Positions 11,103 through 21,297 are shown, counted from the stretch's first letter. The stretch is DNA of 64,000 nt from an uncultured delta proteobacterium (GCA_963796685.1 CAWCMR010000011.1:263236-327235), one strand, 5' to 3'. Translations and numbers: made by a program. The notes: generated by a model not told the origin, from the letters alone.

Positions 11103-11782
11103 TTGACTGGTGGCGTGCCCAGGGTCATCGGAGTGGTACTTGGCGGGTTGTTGGCCACGCTACTTCTGGCAGCCTGTGGTGCTCCAAGTTCAACCGCTGG
11201 CATTGCCACCACCTCGCCATCCACCACCTTGCAACCCACAACGTCGTACACAACCACGACCGTGACCACCGCGTCGGCGAACCCTACGCTCACCTGCGAT
11301 TCGCCTTCCAGTCGGGCGATCTACGACGGCAACGGTCTGCGTTTCGACTACCCGGCTTGCTGGACGCCGACCCACAACGACGAGGTGTCGACGTTCTCGA
11401 CCTCGCTCATCGACCTGAGCAACGAAGCGATGCACGATCCCTGCACGACCACAGGGTCCTCAACCGCCTGCGGCTGGCCGCTGACCAAGCTCGCTGCCGA
11501 CGGGGTGTTGGTTCGCTGGAGTTCAAACGGCGGACCAGGATGGAGCCTCCAACAGCACCCGGCACGTCGCTGACCGTCGGTGGCCTGCCTGCTCGTGAAC
11601 AGGTCAGCCAGCCGGGGACTGCGGCTCGATCGGTGCCGACGAGACAATCGCAGTCGAGGCGGCTCGTACCGTTCCGTGACAACTACTACGCCATGACGGC
11701 CTGTCTGCGTGGACCCGACCTAACCCAAGCAGCCTCGCTGGTGCAGCAGATGCTGACGTCGACAACCTTTACCTACCCGTAG
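11103..11782 (+). CDS. Secreted lipoprotein, Thr-rich linker plus Cys-containing domain (frameshifted)
   Basis: Lipobox LLLAACG, T-rich stretch, FDYPACW...MTACLRGP. Confidence 0.65.
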
Positions 11783-11940
11783 CCGGTTAGCGCCAGTGGA
11801 GAAACGGGTACTCGGGAACCGTGCGCCATGCCGGCTCGGACCCGGCGCCGCCTGCACGCTGATCCCGACCTACGTTGCGCGCCTGTACCGGTGCAATCCC
11901 GAATGGTCATGGGTGCTCATGGGGTACAGAATGATGTCCA

Positions 11941-12429
11941 GTGGCGCGGGAGGAAGCTAACCCGGGCCGTCAGCGGAACGCCGAGATGCTCTCGACCGAG
12001 GACATCGAGCAGCTTCACGCAAGGGTGAATCCCCCTAGGCCCGAACCCAAATCGGTTGTCAACTCGGTCTTCCAGATGGGAATGGCCATCGGAGGGATTT
12101 TGCGGCCCTTACGGGACAGGCCAACCAGAACACCCGGCGAGGAAGCCAACGCTCAACAGGCGCTGCGCTTACCCGGCATCGCACACCTAGTGCTGCTAAC
12201 AGCCGGTCTCCTTGGCGGCATTCTCTGGCACATCTTCTCGGGCGGGGAGTTGGCGATCGACCTCGCCGCTGGGGTGGGGTTCAGCATGGTCGGGGCACTG
12301 ACGCTCATGATGTTGGGCCTCGTCATGGGCGCCTTTGTAAAGGTGATGGCGAGCATGATGCGGACGGAGCGGCCAACCGATACGCCTGCTGGTGCTTACT
12401 CGTCGGGCTCAACGGCAAGGGCTACTTGA
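11941..12429 (+). CDS. Membrane protein (2-3 TM)
   Basis: Hydrophobic segments LVLLTAGLLGGILWHIF and LAAGVGFSMVGALTLMMLGLV. Confidence 0.55.
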   Translation: MAREEANPGRQRNAEMLSTEDIEQLHARVNPPRPEPKSVVNSVFQMGMAIGGILRPLRDRPTRTPGEEANAQQALRLPGIAHLVLLTAGLLGGILWHIFSGGELAIDLAAGVGFSMVGALTLMMLGLVMGAFVKVMASMMRTERPTDTPAGAYSSGSTARAT

Positions 12430-12456
12430 CCCCGGCGATACCCGTAACCTGGTGGC

Positions 12457-13116
12457 GTGACCGACTGGGCTTCGGCGGCGACGGCAGGGGGAACGTTGGT
12501 CCTGGCGGTGGCAACCTTCGCCTCGGTTCGATCTGCCAATCGTGCGGGACGCAATGCCGAGCAGGCGCTCCAGGTTGGACTGCGTCCCGTACTTTCGCCT
12601 CCCGTCCTCACGAGACGGTCCAAAGATCCGGTGGGGAGACGACCACTGGGCCCCTTTGTCGAATGGCCGCGCCGTTCTCGAGGAAGAAGGCGGCGTCATC
12701 TACATGGCCATGTCCCTTCAAAACGTAGGGGCTGGTATCGCAGTCCTGCACGGTTGGAGGATTGACGTTTCGGAAATCCTCAATCCGAACGCCTCTCTCG
12801 ATGAGATGCAAAGCGCGGTACAAGTTCGTCCCGATCCAACCTCCTTCCGTCCGCAGACCCGCGACCTGTATTCGCCCCCCGGCGAAGTCAGCTTCTGGCA
12901 GGCGGCCATCAGAACCCTCGACGACCCGGACCGGGCTTGCGTGGAAGCGGCAATGGGCGGGCACACCCCCTGATCGTCGACTTGCTCTACGGCGACCATG
13001 AGGGTGGCCAGCGCACGATCAGCCGTTTCTCGATCACTCGGTATCCCGGTAACGACGATGAATGGTTTCCCACCGTCGTACGGCACTGGTACCTGGATCG
13101 AGACGACCCTCGGTAG
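12457..13116 (+). CDS. Hypothetical membrane-anchored protein (frameshifted)
   Basis: Stitched: TAGGTLVLAVATFASVRSANR...LQNVGAGIAVLHGW...VDLLYGDHEGGQRTISRF...RHWYLDRDDPR*. Confidence 0.7.
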
Positions 13117-13623
13117 GAACCAAGCAGTCTGTCTGGACTAAGCCTTCTTGTGACGTCACCTCTTGGGAGCTACACAAACGACGCCCCGCTTGGGATGCCG
13201 TCGATACGCAGGCATGCCGAACTCACGGCGCTGGCGCATATTCTGTGCGGTCTAAACCGGTCGGGCACCCGCTCGACCTGTCCGGCGCCGGATCCCGACG
13301 GGGGCCGGGTCGACCTGTCAGTGATGACGGTGGCATGCTGTTCCCACCAGATGTGCTGCCGCCGTCTTCAACAGGGTACGGAAGCCAAGGCTTTCGTCCA
13401 ATACTCACCGAGGAAAATTTCGGGGCGATCCGACCTGGTCTGTAAACGCAACATCTCCTCCTGAGCCGCCAGTGGGCGAGTGCGCTGGTGGATAGGTGTG
13501 AGCCATGGCGGCTCCGATCGGCGCCCGAGTCAGGTGATACAGACCTAAGGTTGGCGGGGCTGATCCCCGGGTTGAGGTTCGCTGCCCATTGCGACAGTCG
13601 CTAGCTTCTGTGAACCTTCTTCC

Positions 13624-13845
13624 ATGTCGATGTATCCCGGTGGTACCGGGGGAATTGCGGTACTCAATGGCGGTCCGATGGACGGACGGGAGCACGCAAT
13701 CGATGGTGATACGGACGAACTCTGTGTTGTCATGACCGATGGTCAGCAGCATCGCTACCGGCGTACCATCGACGTTCAAACTCTGCCAGACGGTCTCTCG
13801 GCGCCCGTGTTTGCTTGGACAGGTCGCTACTACGGTCCGAAATGA
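13624..13845 (+). CDS. Small hypothetical protein (GGPxDG motif)
   Basis: AVLNGGPMDG...HRYRRT...FAWTGR, protein-like composition. Confidence 0.55.
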   Translation: MSMYPGGTGGIAVLNGGPMDGREHAIDGDTDELCVVMTDGQQHRYRRTIDVQTLPDGLSAPVFAWTGRYYGPK

Positions 13846-13966
13846 CCAACGCGACGCTGGCCTACCCTGTAGCCCGCAGGTGGGGGGTGGGGGCGGACCT
13901 GCCTAGGTTCGGAGACACCGTGATGGTTGATCTGGCATCCGACGCTATAACTCGGGCCGATCTTGC

Positions 13967-14512
13967 TCAGAGGCAGCGTTCGGCGACGATGGGGGCCACG
14001 TACCTTGCTGCCGGAGCGTCCTCTGACCCCTCTCCCGGCAACGGGCCCAGGGCGAACTCCACCGCATCGAGAAGCGCTCGATTCGTCACGGGCATCCGCG
14101 TGGCCCCCCACTCACCTTCAAACAGGGGTGCAAACAGTGTTAGCACCTCGGCTGGAGCTTCGATGATGAACGGGGTCTCGGGGTGCAGGTACCGGTGTGC
14201 GGCGACAACGTCCCACGAGCACTTGCTGTCAAGAGCGAGCGAAGTAACCACCACGTCGGCATTCAAAACCAGATCACACTGCCCGGAGGTAACGAGCGGA
14301 CAAAGCCGACCTCGTGAGCCTGCAGGACCGGGGCACCACGCGACCTCGTACCCGTTTTCTTCAAGATGGCGCCAGGACGCGTAGGCCTCGACTACGTCCG
14401 GCTCTTGGATAAGTACGCGGGGTCGGGTGTGTCCAGTTCCGACGGCGCCACCTCGGGGCTGCCAATGCCGGGCGAAATCCCTTCCGAGCCACCTGTGGTT
14501 CCACATTGCCAC
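13967..14512 (-). CDS. Receiver-like domain protein with CPGP...CPL....C motif
   Basis: AAAGGAGG RBS; PRVLIQEPD...LEENGYEVAWCPGP...CPLVTSGQC...ADVVVTSL...HPETPFII follows receiver secondary-structure order. Confidence 0.65.
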   Translation of the reverse strand: MAMWNHRWLGRDFARHWQPRGGAVGTGHTRPRVLIQEPDVVEAYASWRHLEENGYEVAWCPGPAGSRGRLCPLVTSGQCDLVLNADVVVTSLALDSKCSWDVVAAHRYLHPETPFIIEAPAEVLTLFAPLFEGEWGATRMPVTNRALLDAVEFALGPLPGEGSEDAPAARYVAPIVAERCL

Positions 14513-14996
14513 CCTCCTTTGCCAAAACCAGTCCGGGCCCCCTCTGGCAGCATCAACCCGGACCTTGACGGGCAGTAGAGGCTTTCGTCCCTGACTTCGG
14601 ATCGACTCCTAATGAGCCTGTGACCTACCCACACGTCCCAGCGACTCGGGCCAAGCGGCGCAGGGGCATGTGGGCCTATGTCGTCGACGCCCGGTCCCAG
14701 GGGCCTCCCGGCAAATCGAGTCGCCCGACATTGTGACCGGGTCCGACCGTTTGCGTTTCGGGGGTGGCAGGCGAGCACTTCAGCCGGGCGCTCGAACCAT
14801 AACGGGCGAGCAGGCCGAGGCCTTCCCCCTGAGTCCGAAACGGGTGATGCGCTCCCTTAGGAACGGAGCCGCGCGAACCGGCTTGAGCATCCTGCTCCCG
14901 GGCGATCGCGAGATCGCTGTGGGATCATGGCGCGGGCGAAATGCCGCGCCCGGTGGATTGTCAACGGAAGCGTGCAGCTAGGAGGTGATCTCACCT

Positions 14997-15077
14997 ATGA
15001 CCGCGGAGTCAGCTTCGGATCGTCAACAGCAGTGGGCACTGGTCGTGCGACCACGTCGGGATACCGGACCTCGCTAG
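14997..15077 (+). CDS. Candidate 26-aa small ORF
   Basis: AGGAGGTGATC Shine-Dalgarno at 14980-14990; MTAESASDRQQQWALVVRPRRDTGPR*. Confidence 0.3.
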   Translation: MTAESASDRQQQWALVVRPRRDTGPR

Positions 15078-15491
15078 CAATGAGGACGCTCGGGAAGCGC
15101 TGATCGGGGCACTCCAGGGCCAGCTTCAGGAGAATGGATGGCAGAGCCTCACACGGGGTACTGCTGAGCCGATTGTTGACGCTCTAATGGCGTTGGGGGC
15201 AAGCGGACATCAAGGCTACCCCTCGCTCCCTCCAGATGTGGCCTATCGACTCATCGACAAGGGACTCTCGGTGGTTGACCCCGAGCACCTTGTCTTTGAC
15301 ATGATGTTTGAATACCCCCCAGAGGTTGTCGAGGCAGTTGAGCAAATGCTGGTCCGGGTTAGCCAACATCCGCGCGCGAACAACCGCTCGGCGAATGATT
15401 CGACCTCACCGCAGCCTGGCTGTCCCTCTCGAAATTCACCGTCACCAGCCCGCTTCGCTCGGCTCTATCCGATCTCCCAAGGAGTGAAGAC

Positions 15492-16451
15492 ATGACGACG
15501 ACGCTCCCTTCCCAAATGGCTGCGCTCCTCGCCCGGGAGGAAGACCAAGCTCCTGACCGCATGAGTGTTGAAGAACGCTCACGGCCGGAACCTCGGATCG
15601 GCGACGTCTTGATTCAGGTTGGCGCGGCGAGCTTTACTCCGACCGAGTTGCAGTGGCCGTCGACGTGGGTGGACCGCTCCGGCAGGGACCGTCGGCCGGT
15701 GATACCCGGTCACGAAGTTTCAGGGACCGTAGTCGGCCTCGGATATGGCACCACGGGATTTGGCGTCGGTGACGAAGTGTTTGGCCTGACCGACTGGTAC
15801 CGAGACGGTTCCCTTGCTGAGTTCGTGGCAGTGGAGGCCAGGAACCTCGCCACCAAGCCCGATTCCTTATCCCACGTTGACGCAGCAGCGTTCCCTATGG
15901 CCGCGCTCACGGCGTGGCAGGCACTTTTTGTTCACGCCGACCTCAAAGCTGGACAGAAGGTGGTTATCCACGGTGCGGGCGGGGGCGTGGGGGCATTGGC
16001 CGTGCAGCTCGCAGTCAGCGCGGGTGCCCGAGTGATCGGGACTGGCAGGGCCGAAGCGCGCGACCTGGTGCTGCACCTGGGGGCAGAGCAGTTTCTCGAC
16101 CTTGCTCACGACGCGTTGGACGAAGTGAAAGGCGTGGACGTCGTGTTCGACCTAATCGGCGGAGATGTCGTCCACCGCTCATGGCCAATGCTTCGACCCG
16201 GCGGCTCGATTGTCTCTATTGTCGAGGCACCCAATGCCGAGCGAGCCGACGTGAACAGCCTGCTCTTCGTCGTCGAACCGAACCGTAAACAACTGACAGA
16301 GCTGGCTCGACGAATCGACACCGAATCCCTCCGTCCAGTTGTGGGCAACGTCGGTACTCTGCACGATGGACCTCGTCTTTGGGCGGAAAAAATCGCGGGT
16401 GGCATACCTGGCAAGGTCGTGCTCACTTCATCGAGCCCTGCCGTGGGGTAA
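15492..16451 (+). CDS. NADP-dependent quinone oxidoreductase (MDR superfamily)
   Basis: IPGHEVSG, ALTAWQAL, IHGAGGGVG and GKVVL motifs; AAGGAG RBS; intact ORF. Confidence 0.92.
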   Translation: MTTTLPSQMAALLAREEDQAPDRMSVEERSRPEPRIGDVLIQVGAASFTPTELQWPSTWVDRSGRDRRPVIPGHEVSGTVVGLGYGTTGFGVGDEVFGLTDWYRDGSLAEFVAVEARNLATKPDSLSHVDAAAFPMAALTAWQALFVHADLKAGQKVVIHGAGGGVGALAVQLAVSAGARVIGTGRAEARDLVLHLGAEQFLDLAHDALDEVKGVDVVFDLIGGDVVHRSWPMLRPGGSIVSIVEAPNAERADVNSLLFVVEPNRKQLTELARRIDTESLRPVVGNVGTLHDGPRLWAEKIAGGIPGKVVLTSSSPAVG

Positions 16452-16758
16452 AGGAGATGTTGGTGGTGGACGAGGAGCGCACACGAGTGCCAGGGCAGGT
16501 GGGCGGTTGCTGTGCGCTCCCCGTGTCCTCGGCTGCGTCCGACAAGTTGCACCGGAGTTGGGAACCGGGCCGATTGGCGACCCGCGCAGTACGCGTCCGT
16601 GACACGATAGCGGATAGGTCAGATCGGAGATGCGTCCGTGACCTTGGGACTAACTCGGCCTTGGCAGACGGAGCACCCCGCCCGAGTCTGGGTCAACTCG
16701 GTCCCCCGAAACGCTAGGTACCATTCCCGAAGAGGCTGAGGGCAGCGGGAGGGCGGCG

Positions 16759-17195
16759 ATGGCGGTCGACGTGACAACCGAGATCATGATTGAACGACCA
16801 GTCGAGGTCGTGGCTTTGTATGCCGGTGACCCGTCCAAGGCACCTTCCTGGTACGAGAACATCAAGTCCATCGAGTGGAAGACCGACCCCCCTCTGAGGG
16901 TGGGATCAAAGGTGGCATTCGTCGCTCATTTCTTGGGCGGGAACTCAACTACACGTACGAAATAGTCGATCTTGTCCCCGCTAAGCGCCTCGTCATGCGT
17001 ACCGCTGAGGGGCCATTCCCCATGGAGACCACCTACGCCTGGTCCGCCGTCGAGGGATCGACCCGAATGACGCTGCGAAACCGAGGAGAGCCGTCGGGAT
17101 TCTCCAAGCTGTCTGCACCCATCATGGCTATGGCGATGAAGCGAGCCAACCGCAAGGATCTCGACCACCTGCGGATTCTCCTCGAATCACAGTAG
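16759..17195 (+). CDS. SRPBCC family protein (frameshifted)
   Basis: IERP...[12 protein letters not shown] / [11 protein letters not shown]...[11 protein letters not shown]...KRANRKDL. Confidence 0.85.
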
Positions 17196-17317
17196 TCCCT
17201 CGGCTCATTTCGGGGCCATCCGCGCAACTTGCAAGGCCGGATGGATCGATTCCGCGGATAATCGGGAATATGCCTGTTGCCTGTTCCACGCCACCGGAGC
17301 CACCGTCGCGCAGACCG

Positions 17318-17824
17318 CTACGGTGTCGTGGAGCTGACCTGTAGCTCGGGCGATCGAGTCAGGGTCTGGAGAACGACGCAGTACCGTTCCGTCGTTTCGA
17401 TGAGGGCATTGAGCTCATCCTCCGAGGCAGAACTCTTGAGGTCGAACGACAACCGGATCGAGGTAAACCCGACGGCGGCATTTCGATCGACCCCCAGCGT
17501 TCCACGGAAATCAAGATCGCCTTCCGCCCGGACGATGCCCTCGACTTCAAGACCCCGGTTCGTGGCGACGGACCGAAGTGTCACACCAGCACACGCCACC
17601 AACGCCTGAAGCAACATGTCTCCAGAGCAGGCGAAGCTGCCATCGCCCCCAGTCGCCGGGTGAAGGCCGGCCTCAACCATTGCTCGACCGGTCGCCACGG
17701 AGCAGGTCACTGCTTCGCTCCCGAGACGGCCCTCAGCCTGCAAGGTGATCATGGCGGTCACCGGGTCCTCTCGATACCGAGCCTTCAAGGGAGCCTGGAC
17801 TTCCTTCAGATCCTCAGCTTTCAT
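17318..17824 (-). CDS. OsmC family protein
   Basis: AGLHPATGGDG..ACSGDMLLQALVACAG...GDLDFRGTLG...TERYCVVLQTL; AGGAGG RBS. Confidence 0.9.
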   Translation of the reverse strand: MKAEDLKEVQAPLKARYREDPVTAMITLQAEGRLGSEAVTCSVATGRAMVEAGLHPATGGDGSFACSGDMLLQALVACAGVTLRSVATNRGLEVEGIVRAEGDLDFRGTLGVDRNAAVGFTSIRLSFDLKSSASEDELNALIETTERYCVVLQTLTRSPELQVSSTTP

Positions 17825-17932
17825 GTGAGCCTCCTGGACTCCCCCGGCCTTTCCTTGACCCGGTGGGGGTGACCGGAATGTGTAGTTCTCCGTCGGGTCC
17901 AGTGCAACGGTGAGAGTCCGGCCAGGTAGCGC

Positions 17933-17949
17933 ATACTGGGGGGGGGTAT
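17933..17949. promoter_or_regulatory. CsoR/RcnR-family-like operator
   Basis: ATACTGGGGGGGGGTAT = TAC-N9(G tract)-GTA, about 110 bp upstream of the OsmC gene. Confidence 0.45.
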
Positions 17950-18013
17950 ATCTAGTGATCCCGGGCGCATGATGTATCGCCGTGGTTGGGCGGAACGTGC
18001 CGTTCGCAGCGCG

Positions 18014-18351
18014 TGTGGAGGCTGTAGAACCGAAGTCGGCGATGCCAATGGGAATTGGAAGGGGGGCGAACGCGACACAAGGCCGGCTCCGTGATGGTGC
18101 GAGTCCCCGGGCGCCCGCGGGCCGGAAAGAGCCCTTACGTATTCGAACACATCCTGGTGGCGGAAGGACTGCTCCGGACGCATCTCGTGGAGGGCCTACC
18201 GGAGATCCTCGAGCTGTGGACGCGTCCACAGCCCTCAGGCATCCGAGTGAGCGACGCCGTAACGTGGGCGCGGTCGATCTACGACCGTTACGTGGATGTC
18301 GGTGCACCTCCAACTGTGCTCACGGTCTCCCCTGAGCATCCTTGGGGCTAA
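18014..18351 (+). pseudogene. HNH endonuclease remnant, copy 1 (5'-truncated, catalytic HHIN segment deleted)
   Basis: Near-identical to 20510-20881; YVFEHILVAEGLL..HLVEG / LELWTRPQPSG; lacks the ETVHHINAIRD segment present in copy 2. Confidence 0.8.
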
Positions 18352-18371
18352 CGGGAATGCTTTCGAACCCC
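18343..18371 (+). repeat. att-like degenerate copy of tmRNA/tRNA 3' end (site A)
   Basis: TGGGGCTAACGGGAATGCTTTCGAACCCC; 25/29 identical to 20207-20235; resembles TGGAGGTGGCGGGAATCGAACCC at 23304. Confidence 0.6.
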
Positions 18372-18612
18372 GACGCCGCCCTCCTCATCCTCCTTGGTCT
18401 GGAGAAATAGCAAGGGCTGCCATCCGGGGCCGATGAAGTCGGGGATCCCGAGCGTGCCCGACCAGCGGTGGCTCATGCGTCCCTGGTCGAGCGGCCGGGT
18501 GACCTCGATCAGTTCTGAGGGGCTCGCCTGGGCTCACAAGGCCTCTGACCGGGATAGCTGGCGGTTGGTCAGGAATCACCACCGGAGGTCCCGGCGAGCC
18601 AAACTGAAGCCC

Positions 18613-19950
18613 GTGGATCGACCCGAGACCCGGTACGCCGCGGTTGATGACGCTGACATCGCATACCAGGCCACCGGTGACGGTCCTCTCGACTTGCTGT
18701 TCTGCTACGGCTTCGGCAGCGCCATCGACCTTGGCTGGGACGAGGCCACCACGTACCCCGAGTTCTATCGCCGCCTGGCCTCGTTCAGCCGACTCATCCT
18801 CTTCGATCGGCGAGGAACGGGAGCCTCCGACCCCATTTCCGCCGGCGTCTTCCCCACCTGGGAGTCGTGGGCCGAGGATGCCGGCGCTGTCCTCGACGCC
18901 GTCGACGCCGAGCGGGCGGTTCTTTTCGGCGCCCTCGACGCCGGGGCGCTGGCAGTCCTCTACGCCGCCATGCACCCCGAGCGGGTGCAAGCCTTGATCC
19001 TGCTCAACAGCAGCGCCCGATTCTGCCGAGACGAGGACTACCCCATCGGCGTAGCACCCGAGGCGCTCGAGACATTGATTGGCATTGTGGAGCAGGCGTG
19101 GGGAACCCGCCAGCTCGTCACTGCCGTCAATCCAGCCATGGCCGACGATGATGCCTTCCTGGAGGCCGTAGCTCGTGTCATGCGGGCGGCGGCGACCCCG
19201 CGTCGAGCGGCGACCCAGTTTCGCTACCTCTTGAGCAACGTCGACGTCCGTCCGGCACTCGACCTGGTGCAGGTGCCAACCCTCGTCCTAAGCGTGGCAG
19301 AGAGTGTCTTCGTGCCCGTCGAGCAGGGGCGCTACTTGGCCGAGCACATTGTCGGTGCCCGATTCGTCGAGCTTCCTGGGGCTGAGGTCGGCCTCTCTCC
19401 TCCGCTGCTTGGTATCGTCGACGAGATCGAGGAGTTCGTCACGGGCGAGCGTGGCACGGCCGATGTCGACCGAGTCCTGGCCACGGTGCTGTTCACCGAC
19501 ATCGTCCGGTCGACTGAACGAGCCGCCCAGTTGGGTGACCGGCGCTGGCGATCGCTACTTGATGCCCACGATCGCGCCGTGCGGGAGCAGTTCCGACGCT
19601 TCCGGGGTCGGGAGGTGAAGACCACCGGGGACGGTTTCCTGGCGTCATTTGACGGGCCGGCACGCTCTATCCGCTGCGCCCAGGCCATCGTCGAAGCCAC
19701 CCGCTCGCTCGGCGTCGATGTCCGGCTCGGCCTGCACACAGGGGAGTGCGAGGCTCGCGGCGACGATCTCGGAGGGCTCGCCGTCCATATCGCGGCGCGC
19801 GCGGGCGCGTTGGCCGACCCGGGTCAGGTCCTCGTATCGGGTACCGTCAAGGACCTGGTCGTGGGATCGGGCATCGAGTTCAACGACCGCGGCGAGGAGG
19901 AGCTGAAGGGCGTACCTGGGTCGTGGAGGTTGTTCGCCGTGAGACAGTGA
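18613..19950 (+). CDS. Alpha/beta hydrolase-class III adenylate/guanylate cyclase fusion (LipJ/Rv1900c-like)
   Basis: FDRRGTGASD hydrolase motif; VLFTDIV.ST, VKTTGDG, GLHTGE, AVHIAAR, ELKGVPG cyclase motifs; intact ORF. Confidence 0.92.
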   Translation: MDRPETRYAAVDDADIAYQATGDGPLDLLFCYGFGSAIDLGWDEATTYPEFYRRLASFSRLILFDRRGTGASDPISAGVFPTWESWAEDAGAVLDAVDAERAVLFGALDAGALAVLYAAMHPERVQALILLNSSARFCRDEDYPIGVAPEALETLIGIVEQAWGTRQLVTAVNPAMADDDAFLEAVARVMRAAATPRRAATQFRYLLSNVDVRPALDLVQVPTLVLSVAESVFVPVEQGRYLAEHIVGARFVELPGAEVGLSPPLLGIVDEIEEFVTGERGTADVDRVLATVLFTDIVRSTERAAQLGDRRWRSLLDAHDRAVREQFRRFRGREVKTTGDGFLASFDGPARSIRCAQAIVEATRSLGVDVRLGLHTGECEARGDDLGGLAVHIAARAGALADPGQVLVSGTVKDLVVGSGIEFNDRGEEELKGVPGSWRLFAVRQ

Positions 19951-20206
19951 CCGACTGGATATCCGCGGTGACATCCAAGTAGGCGGGCATCCTGTACGTG
20001 CCGGTCCCAGTCGGACCTTGCCTGCTGGCCGGCACAACCGTCGGGTAGCGCATACTCGGGGATCCCGGTGGGGTCGCGGATCTTCAGGTCGCGAGCAAGA
20101 TCACCGGTTTGTAACCGAGTCAGCGTCCGGTCCACCTCCCCGGTATGCCATCACGAAGATTTTGCGTCGCAGGGATTCGAAAGAGCGCGGTTACCTCTGG
20201 GACGCG

Positions 20207-20235
20207 TGGTACTAGCGAGAATGCTTTCGAACCCC
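20207..20235 (+). repeat. att-like degenerate copy of tmRNA/tRNA 3' end (site B)
   Basis: TGGTACTAGCGAGAATGCTTTCGAACCCC; shares an exact 17-mer GAATGCTTTCGAACCCC with site A. Confidence 0.6.
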
Positions 20236-20380
20236 AGCGACCTCTTCTTCGCACTGAAGGATCTGACTGGCAACAAGAGGCCCGATAGCGGTATTCGCCT
20301 CCGTCAAGTTGCCCTCGACCCAAGTCTTTGCACCGACAGCACCAAGTTCTCGTCGATACACCCCCGAGCTACCGTCGGTC

Positions 20381-20881
20381 ATGCGTGAGAGGCAGTGCAA
20401 GGAATGCGAGAGGATCTTCCAGCCATCCAGTAGGCATCTCCGGTGTCCTGCCTGCAGGGCCAAGGATCTGTGTGCTTGTGGGAAGGCAAAGCAGACAGAA
20501 TCAGAGACATGTGCAGGCTGTAGAACCGAAGTCGGCGATGCCAACGGGAATTGGAAGGGGGAGAGAAGGCGACACAAGGCCGGCTCCGTGATGGTGCGAG
20601 TCCCCGGCAACCCGCGGGCGGGAAGGAGCCCTTACGTATTCGAACACATCCTGGTGGCGGAAGGGTTGCTCCGGAGGCATCTCGTGGAGGGCGAAACGGT
20701 CCATCACATCAACGCCATCCGAGACGAACCCGTCCTGAGAAGGTCGAACTCTGAACGCGGCCACAGCTCTCAGGTATCCGCGTGAGCGACGCTGCAAATT
20801 TGGACGCGGTCGACCTACGACCGGTACGTGGATGTCGGTGCACCTCCAACGGTGCTCACGGTCTCCCCTGAGCATCCTTGG
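20381..20881 (+). pseudogene. Zn-finger + HNH endonuclease, copy 2 (frameshift and in-frame TGA)
   Basis: CKEC, CPAC, CACG and CAGC pairs, then GNWKG...YVFEHILVAE...ETVHHINAIRD.; the Trp codon of LELW in copy 1 is TGA here. Confidence 0.8.
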
Positions 20882-21189
20882 AGCAGGTTCAACGTTTCTT
20901 GAACCCTCTTTCCGATCCTGACACAAGGCTGGATCTCGAACGCCTTCACAGAGTCTTCGCAGGTCACGGGTCATCTTGGCTCGACAGTGGCCCTCGTCTA
21001 CCGACCCCGAGGCAGCGGCAGGTTCACCTCAGCGAGGGGGATCGCGGCAGGCTTGTGGCTGCCTATCTGGCTGGCGACACCGTCAGGAACCTGGCTAACA
21101 CTTTCCAGCTCCATCGTGGAACGGTAAGCGAGATTCTGTCCCGCCATGGTGTGATTGATCGGCCGCATGGGCCTCGCCCAAAACGGTAG
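20878..21189 (+). CDS. Small helix-turn-helix DNA-binding protein
   Basis: LVAAYLAGDTVRNLANTFQLHRGTVSEILSRHGV; starts within a third att-like site (TTGGAGCAGGTTCAACGTTTCTTGAACCC). Confidence 0.7.
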   Translation: MEQVQRFLNPLSDPDTRLDLERLHRVFAGHGSSWLDSGPRLPTPRQRQVHLSEGDRGRLVAAYLAGDTVRNLANTFQLHRGTVSEILSRHGVIDRPHGPRPKR

Positions 21190-21297
21190 CCGGGGGTTAG
21201 ATCGAACGTCGCTACGGTGTCAGTGGCTGAGATCGTCAAGCGGTGAAGGCCTCTAGTCACTGTTCTCTCCACCGCTTGCAAAAGCCGATTCCCTGAC

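Noticed and set aside
13160-13460. Minus-strand frame with RBS-like AGGAGGAG and an in-frame TGA after Cys (possible selenoprotein)
   Set aside because: There is no spacer between RBS and ATG, no recognisable family, and no evident SECIS or sel genes.
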